Shown: piece by piece, positions 45,142-52,094 of the stretch
Layout of the letters: every line of letters begins with the position of its first letter
How positions within the stretch are numbered: position 1 is the first letter of the stretch
Source: Guillardia theta CCMP2712
Taxonomy: Eukaryota > Protista > Cryptophyta
Direction: 5' to 3'
DNA length: 52,094 nucleotides
NCBI RefSeq assembly: GCF_000315625.1
Contig: NW_005434556.1
Location: 174,309-226,402, forward strand
Position numbers and translations under genes: made by a program
The notes under the pieces: generated by a model
What the model was told of the DNA's origin: nothing
Database searches by the model: none
What the model saw: the letters and a program-made list of their open reading frames with translations, nothing else

Positions 45142-46576
45142 TCCTAGCCTAGCGGCGCATGTTTGGCCTGATCATCCGATGACTGTCGGGAGGGTACTGA
45201 GTTGCCACTACCCACCCCACCTATCATTGAAACTTGAATCCAGGGTTTTTAACTATAGTACCCCATCATTGACTACAAACTACCCCTGTATTCTACAGGG
45301 AATCGATCCAACCACCCCCTCCCAAGACGTGCCACACAGCAACCCATAGCCTGCCAGTCACTGATAGTACGATTTGGGGAATCACCTGAATCGCCGGGAA
45401 AATTTATGAAATTATTTCTGTATATTTGAAATATACAAACAATCTTTTGCAGGCTCACCTAATTTTTTAATAACATTATATCATCAGAAGTATTTTAAAA
45501 TATAAATTTCTACTGGTATGTCATGCATATTTATGATTTTTATATCTATACAAGGTATTTTCCGATAGCTTCATTCTTCATACAAATATAGTAATTATTT
45601 TAGTAAAAGCAATATCTTTTTAAAATGTACTATATATACTGAAGTTACTTTTAAAATTCTTCTGGTTCTTCCAACAATTGTATCAATCTCATGTAAAAGT
45701 AGTTTTTACCCTAGTGATATCTAAAACAATTATTGGGGACCATGCAGGAAGCAGGGAGAGACAGAGGTTACAGGCAGTTGGGGAGGAGGGAGGAGGGAGG
45801 AGGAGGGAGGGAGAAGAGGAGGAGAAGCATGTAAAGAACAAGGCAAGAACAGACGGGATGGATGCAGACAGGAAGGAGGAGGAGGAGAGTTGAACGCATG
45901 ATCCCGCATTCCAAGGTGGGAAAGTGAAGGGCAGAGCATGAGGGAGCGGTAGGAAGAGAGGGCTGGGGGAGAAGGTGAAAGCGGAGATTTGTCGGGTAGA
46001 GAAGATCTTCCAGGAAGGGTGGAGACAGGATCGATGATGAGATGCTGAAAGTTGGTGATATGAAAATCAGGAGTCCCACGATGTAGCTGGGGAGTGGGGG
46101 CGAGGGCCAGGGACAAACAGGAGCGTTCATTGCAATCTGGTACAAATACAAGGAGAAGGAGAGAATTTCGTATGTTGGTTGCAGTAGTTGACATGGTTGA
46201 TAAGGTTGGAAGAGGTGCAGGAGCGAGCAAAATAGAAGATGTGAGAAGAGTTGCTTTCAGTGACATTTGGGAGAAGTTTTGTCGAGGGAAGCAGGTCGAA
46301 ACGTGGAGTTGTGAATGTGCATCTTGCTTGCGAGAAGGTTGTGTTGTTGAGAAGATGAGGAGAGGACATGAAGCAGAGGGACATGTGAAGTCAGGAGGAG
46401 GCAGCAGATCAAGTAAGGGTCGTTGCGAGAGCAGTCGACTTACATGAGCTGAACTTTGAGTATCACGATCTTCCTATGTCAAGACATTCATCCATGATCT
46501 CGGACATGTTCTGTTGTTGACATGTGTTGCAGCAAACCACTCTAAACTCTTCGCACTCCTCTCAACATCTCCCACC

Positions 46577-46710
46577 ATGAGTTATATGTTACCGCACCTT
46601 GACAGCGGCTATGCCGTTGATCAAGCCATCCTCAGCGAAGAGGACCGTGTTGTAATCATCAGATTCGGGCATGACTGGGATCCGGTGACCTTGTTGCTCT
46701 TTTACTGTCT

Positions 46711-46743
<33 letters not shown>

Positions 46744-47276
46744 TCCCGACTTCTGACCTCCTGGTGACCTCAAGCTTGATAGGCCTGCATGAAGATGGAC
46801 GAAACTCTTTATCACGTTGCTGACAAAATCAAGAACTTTGCAGTCATGTTCGTCCCTCCCCCTTCTGCTCCTGCTCCTGTTTCTCCTCTTCCTCCTACCT
46901 CCTGCTCCTGCTCCTGCCCCTTCCCCTGCTCCTGCTCATTGTCCTCCTCCTCTCACTCTGTCTACTCCAGTTACCTCGTGGACATCACGGAGGTCCCAGA
47001 CTTCAACACCATGTACGAGTTGTACGACCCAGTCACCGTCATGTTCTTCTTCAGGTGAGAGTAGGAGGAGTTTGACAGCCGCGTGCCCTAAGCCTTCTTG
47101 CTAGGAACAAGCACATCATGATCGATCTGGGAACGGGAAACAACAACAAGATTAACTGGGCTCTACAGGACAAGCAGGAGTTCATCGACATTGTTGAGGT
47201 GGTGTATCGAGGAGCGAGGAAGGGCCGCGGTCTGGTGGTTTCGCCCAAGGACTACTCCACCAAGTACAAATACTAA
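46577..47276 (+). CDS. DIM1: U5 snRNP thioredoxin-like protein Dim1/Dib1 (TXNL4A), 4 exons
   Basis: MSYMLPHLDSGYAVDQAILSEEDRVVIIRFGHDWDP|ACMKMDETLYHVADKIKNFAVI|YLVDITEVPDFNTMYELYDPVTVMFFFR|NKHIMIDLGTGNNNKINWALQDKQEFIDIVEVVYRGARKGRGLVVSPKDYSTKYKY*, the highly conserved Dim1 sequence. Confidence 0.98.
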
Positions 47277-47796
47277 GACAAGACAAGGACCAGAGGAGAA
47301 GAAGAGGAGAGAGGAGGAGGAGAGGAGGAGAGAGCATGCAAGGACTTTGGACTTGTTGCCCTGAGAGTTTTGCGCTCTCTGGTTTTGTCAGGAGATTTTC
47401 GAGCTTGAACTCTCACCCTAATACTGATTGCTTGCCTGACAATAAAGAAGAGAACCTGTTGGATTATGAAGCATGTTGGTGGAGGCAAAGAGCATAAGAG
47501 TCAGGGAGGGAATCGGCAAGGGACTTGCCAGGTGGGATGGCAGATGAATGGAGAACAAGACCAGCATGACAGACACACATACAAGATGTTCAACGAGAGC
47601 ATGAAGACGCACACGTGTCTGAAGCAGCAGCAAAGAAAAAAATTCACCCAGAGAGTTTCATTCAAGTTATTTCACTAGATTTGACAAGTTCAGAATACAA
47701 TTATTTACACAGCAGGCAAACGACCAAGTCTGCTCATCATCCCGAATGGATGTTAACAAAGACAACTCTCTCTCTCTCTCTCTCTTCTCTCCTCAC

Positions 47797-49870
47797 TCAC
47801 ACAGCCTGCGCCGCTCCTCGCTCCCTTGCCTCCTTCTTCACATGCTCCCCTCCATCCCCCGTGAGCCACACGTGCGTCTCCTCATCCCACCCGTCCACAC
47901 TGAGCGACTCCGTCGGCAGCTTCAAGTCCCGTGCCTCTTTGATGTCCTTGAGCGGCACAGAGTCGCAGCTCGACGGGCTGTCTTCGTCTACTCTGCCCAG
48001 CTGTACCGTGTCCTCGTGGTCCCCGTCAGCCGGCACGTGGCTGCGGATATCGCCATGGTCCATCACGCTGAAGAATTCGCTATCCATGAGCTCGTGCCCA
48101 AAGTGATCGTGCTCGTTGTCGACATCGAACTTGGGCCGGCTCGCCGGATCGTGCTCGAGCGCTCCTGTCTCAAGGAGCTGGTCGCCCTTGAGGGAGAGAT
48201 GCACGGGCGCCTGGGGAGACGAGTGAGAAACCAGCGACAGGAGGAGGAAGAGAGCAGTGGAGAGGAGAGAGCAGTGGAGAGGAGAGCAGGAGAGGGAGAA
48301 GAGGTGCAAGATTCTCGTCACCTGATTTCGCTCGTGATCATTGTGTGAGTTAGTCACTGACGCCAAGGCCGACGCGATCCTGAGGTCAGCGTCGCTCACG
48401 GAGACTCCGCCATGGTGGTCACGGTTGCGAAGGTGGGAAGGAGACATGTTCGGAAGAACCAACTACAAGCATGTCAGACGAAGTTTAGCAGGAGGCAAGG
48501 AGGGAAGAGAGGTGGTGGTGGTAGTAGAGGAGGAGGAGGAGGAGGAGGGGGGGGGGGGGGGGGGGGGTTCGTCGTAACCTGAAGGGCGAATGATATTTTT
48601 TTTATGTTGTTTTGAAGTGGGTCCGTAGAGGAGCTAGCTTTGCCGACGAGTCTCCGAGATTCACTGTTGTTGGGGGTTGGGGTGTATTACCAAAATCACT
48701 TCCCTAATACTTTTTTTTGTCGATGGATTGTGAATGTACCGGGATGTATGAATATCATTCATCACAAGGGCGCGACATAAGGTCTGTACTCTACTATCCC
48801 TTGCTCTCTCACNNNNNNNNNNNNNNNNNNNNNNNNNNNNNNNNNNNNNNNNNNNNNNNNNNNNNNNNNNNNNNNNNNNNNNNNNNNNNNNNNNNNNNNN
48901 NNNNNNNNNNNNGGGTTCGTCTAACCGTCATCTTGACAAGTCCGTTCTTGTCCTTCTCAAGGATGCCCTTCATCAAGGCCCCGTTGACCTTCACCTCAGC
49001 TGTAGTCGACCTGCAGGTTTCCGTGTCGTCCAGGTGCCCCTCCATGGAGATGGCGTCGTCGAGGTGGCTGCTGTCCCACCCGACCCCGTGGCTCATGATG
49101 TGATCGTCCATGACGGCATGGCTACTCATTGGGTCGGCACCATCGGCGAAGATGTCTGAGAAGGACATGAGCCAGGAAGGAGAGAACAAGACGAGGGGTA
49201 GGAGCGACGAGGGAGGAGGCAGCAGCGAGAGAGCGGGAGGAGGAGAGGGAACAGCGAGGAGCAGGACTCACCGTGTTCGTTGGAGATGTTGGTCAGGGGC
49301 TCATCGGGAGGGGTGGGGATGCCGGACATTTCCTTGGAGAACGGCCAGATGTTCTTGCCTGTGGGTGACCCTCCCTTGCTGCCGAGCAGCACCGAAGACG
49401 CCGCGAACTTGTTCAAAGCCGAGCTCGTCTTCTTCTTGGGCCTCGAGACCTTGGGCTCCCCGTCCTGCATCGGGCACTCCGACGTCGCCGGGCTCGACAC
49501 GCCGTCCGCGCCTCCCGGGTGGTTGGGGTCTTTGAGCCCGTAGGTGAACGCTACTTGCATCTTCTCCTTCTTCAGCTCGTCTGCTCTCGCTCTCAGCGCC
49601 GCTGCGTCCTCGGGCCCGTTCCCAGCCCCATTCTCTGCCTTGGCGATCTTCTTGTCAAGAGACTTCAGCTGGAGGAGCAGGAGTGAGGAGGGGAAGGAGC
49701 ACAGAGAGCCCACAACGGACCTTCCTGTACGGCCAACGCGTGATCCCATGCTGTCTGCACAGCTTCTTCAGAGAGGTCAGGCAGATCCCGAGCTCCTTAG
49801 CGACTGTTTTCTCCGGGAGGTGCAAATACTGTGTCAGCTCCTCCATACTAACCATCCGGTGGGTTGGCAT
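47797..49870 (-). CDS. RWP-RK domain transcription factor, multi-exon
   Basis: MPTHRMVSMEELTQYLHLPEKTVAKELGICLTSLKKLCRQHGITRWPYRK|LKSLDKKI..., followed by low-complexity acidic exons. The gene spans a gap and its 3' end is uncertain. Confidence 0.88.
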
Positions 49871-52094
49871 CTTTTAAAAGAGTTGGGTTACAGACTTCGC
49901 GCCTCCCTCAGCTTTCCTTGACAATGTTCCACTTCAACGTTCACAACCGAGACAACTGCCGAGACAAACGTCAGAACCCCATACACCACCATCGCATCGA
50001 ATGTAAGTAAAGTAACTCTGGGAAATCAGTTTTGCAGAGTGTCAAACAACAATTCATGAGCGGAACGCCGCTGGAAACAACAGCAGCATGACAAAACTGT
50101 ACATGCTGTCTACAACCGTCACGACTTCATACAAGCCGCATGACACCCGATTTACCAAAGCTCTCCTCCCCTTGCAATCCAGATACACCTCAAAATCTAC
50201 AGTATACGAGGTCGATCGCAACACTCTTGCTCCGTCTCTCCCTCCTTTTAACTTTTCCTGCCCTTTCTTGTCTCATCTACCGACGAATCATTGCTGTCCG
50301 AAACCTCTCCTCTCCTCCATCTACGAAGGTCCACGACTTGCTAGATGCTGGTCCACGTATTTCTTGCCTACAACTGACGTGATCAACTCCATCAACACAC
50401 CAACAAGGGAAGACATGCCTCCTGTAGGGTGTAGATACACCTAGGATAACCCATCATACCTACCATCTTCCGCATACCCCACTCTGCCTACAGAACTATT
50501 TCGGGACGCTCCGGATCGTTCGAGATTCCCAGGCGCATGACGACGCTCTCGGGCCGGATTACAGGCGCTAAGTCCTTGTACAGGTTTCGAAGAGTGCCAA
50601 CAGATCGTATCCTGAAACTGCTCCCTTCCTCTCCCTTTCTAACGTAAGACCCATGGAGATCCCACTCCGTACCCTGTCTTGTCGTCTTGAGTCGTTGACT
50701 TGACTGGGAAGACCCTTTGCTTCGAACTTTCTTTCCTCGGCCATTCTATATCCCTTCTTGCTTTCTCATCCCTGCTCGCATTGTCTCGCCATTCCTCTTC
50801 CTCCTCTCCACTCCTTCCTCCTCTGCTCCACTTTCGGCACCTCCGCCGCTGCCATTATTATCATTTCCGGTACCTCCCAGGCCACTACCCCCCGCAAGAA
50901 TCTGCGACCCCTACCCCCTCTTCCGACCATACCCTACCCATCAACGACAGAATGCACCCCCTTCAACAATGCCACCTACTCCCTTTTATACCTTAATTTG
51001 TACTAAAAAGTAGGGGTACTGCTTATCAATACCTACCCACCCATTTCCTGGGAATGACCTGATGGAGTCAAATCATGCTATTTGGGGGTAATTTGTGGAA
51101 GAAGGAGGGGTGGGGGTAAGGCGTCCCTTGAGTAAGGGAGCGGCCGCACCGAAGAGTCAAAGTGGCTCTTCGCAAACACCCACCCAACCCCCATGAAGTC
51201 ATATAATTAGTACCATGTGATAGAAACTTAATATAAAAGTAAGATTCAGGACTTCGTACCATTCCATTACAAAATGTCGAAATATTTGACTTTTTGTACA
51301 ATATAGTTCAAATAATCAATCAAGAAACGAAACTTGCGACAAATTATGTACCGTATAATTGACTAACTTAATCATGGGGGGTGGAATATCCACCCTGTAG
51401 CAGCCCCCGACGTGATGTGTTTAGAACTGTCAGACCGAACGATCCCGTTTTCGAATGTTTCAAATGCGGATCGAGTGACTACCGGTACTTATTACATGTG
51501 AAAGGGGGTGGGGTTATTTTGCTAGGGGGTGCAAGTCCGAATCACCCCCGTACAACTCTTTGTGGTGCTGACAAAGAGGGGTGGGGGTGGTCATTCTAAA
51601 ATCTCCCCAAGGGTGATTCTTCTGGAAAACAGAGGAGAGAGATGGGGTGGGTGGGGCTGATTGATATGAATTTGTTAGGGGTAGGGGTGGTCAATCCAGG
51701 GCGTCGCAAAAACTTGGGAAAGTGGAGTGGTAGGAAGGAAGGAGGGTGGGTAGTTGTCGGATCGATGACACTCCTGGAGGAAGGGGAATGGTAGGGTCCT
51801 CGTTGAATCTTTGGGGTAGTACCCGTGGGTACGTCGAGGGTGGAAGAATGTCCTGGATTTTCATTCAGAAAGGGGGTACTGTGTAACTGAATTTGATAAA
51901 AAAAAAGGGGGTCCTTGTACAGAGTGGGGGGTGGGGTGGTTTAAGAGCAGGTAAACCGAGAAAGGGGGTGCAGTGAGGGGTAGGGGTCATAATGATGTGT
52001 CTCCGACCAGCAAAATATGAACTTAAAAACTACTTTTAACTTTTCGAATTTAAAACAATTTTATCACTGTCCATTGGAAAAAGGAACCAAGTTG

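Noticed and set aside
45730-46447. ORFs between FkbM and DIM1
   Set aside because: No motifs, purine-rich low complexity, and no consistent exon structure.

Overview
Eukaryotic nuclear DNA from a draft assembly with six N-gaps. It has short GT-AG introns, many microsatellites, a protein with a bipartite signal+transit peptide and two RWP-RK genes. These traits suggest a cryptophyte such as Guillardia theta (inference only). The right half (27.5-50 kb) holds mostly ordinary genes: a 5'-truncated histidine phosphatase, a large HECTD1-like E3 ligase, an ankyrin protein, an FkbM methyltransferase, DIM1/TXNL4A and an RWP-RK factor. The left half is an accessory locus. A ~3.9-4.9 kb unit is repeated head-to-tail about 3.7 times (11509-27495), with one inverted partial copy at 6254-8085. 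Every copy encodes a protein with NLS-like motifs, built almost entirely of 18-aa C-x-H-x6-C-x2-C repeats (11, 26, 36, ~19 and 29 repeats). The repeat scaffold is near-invariant, while a four-residue window is shuffled differently in each copy, as in TALE or PRDM9 arrays. Each complete unit also carries an F-box-like/XPA-C-like companion ORF. The inverted copy lies directly upstream of, and co-oriented with, a P-element-like DDE transposase core that lacks its own N-terminus. A VLR-like LRR gene and an RWP-RK pseudogene lie between the inverted copy and the tandem array.
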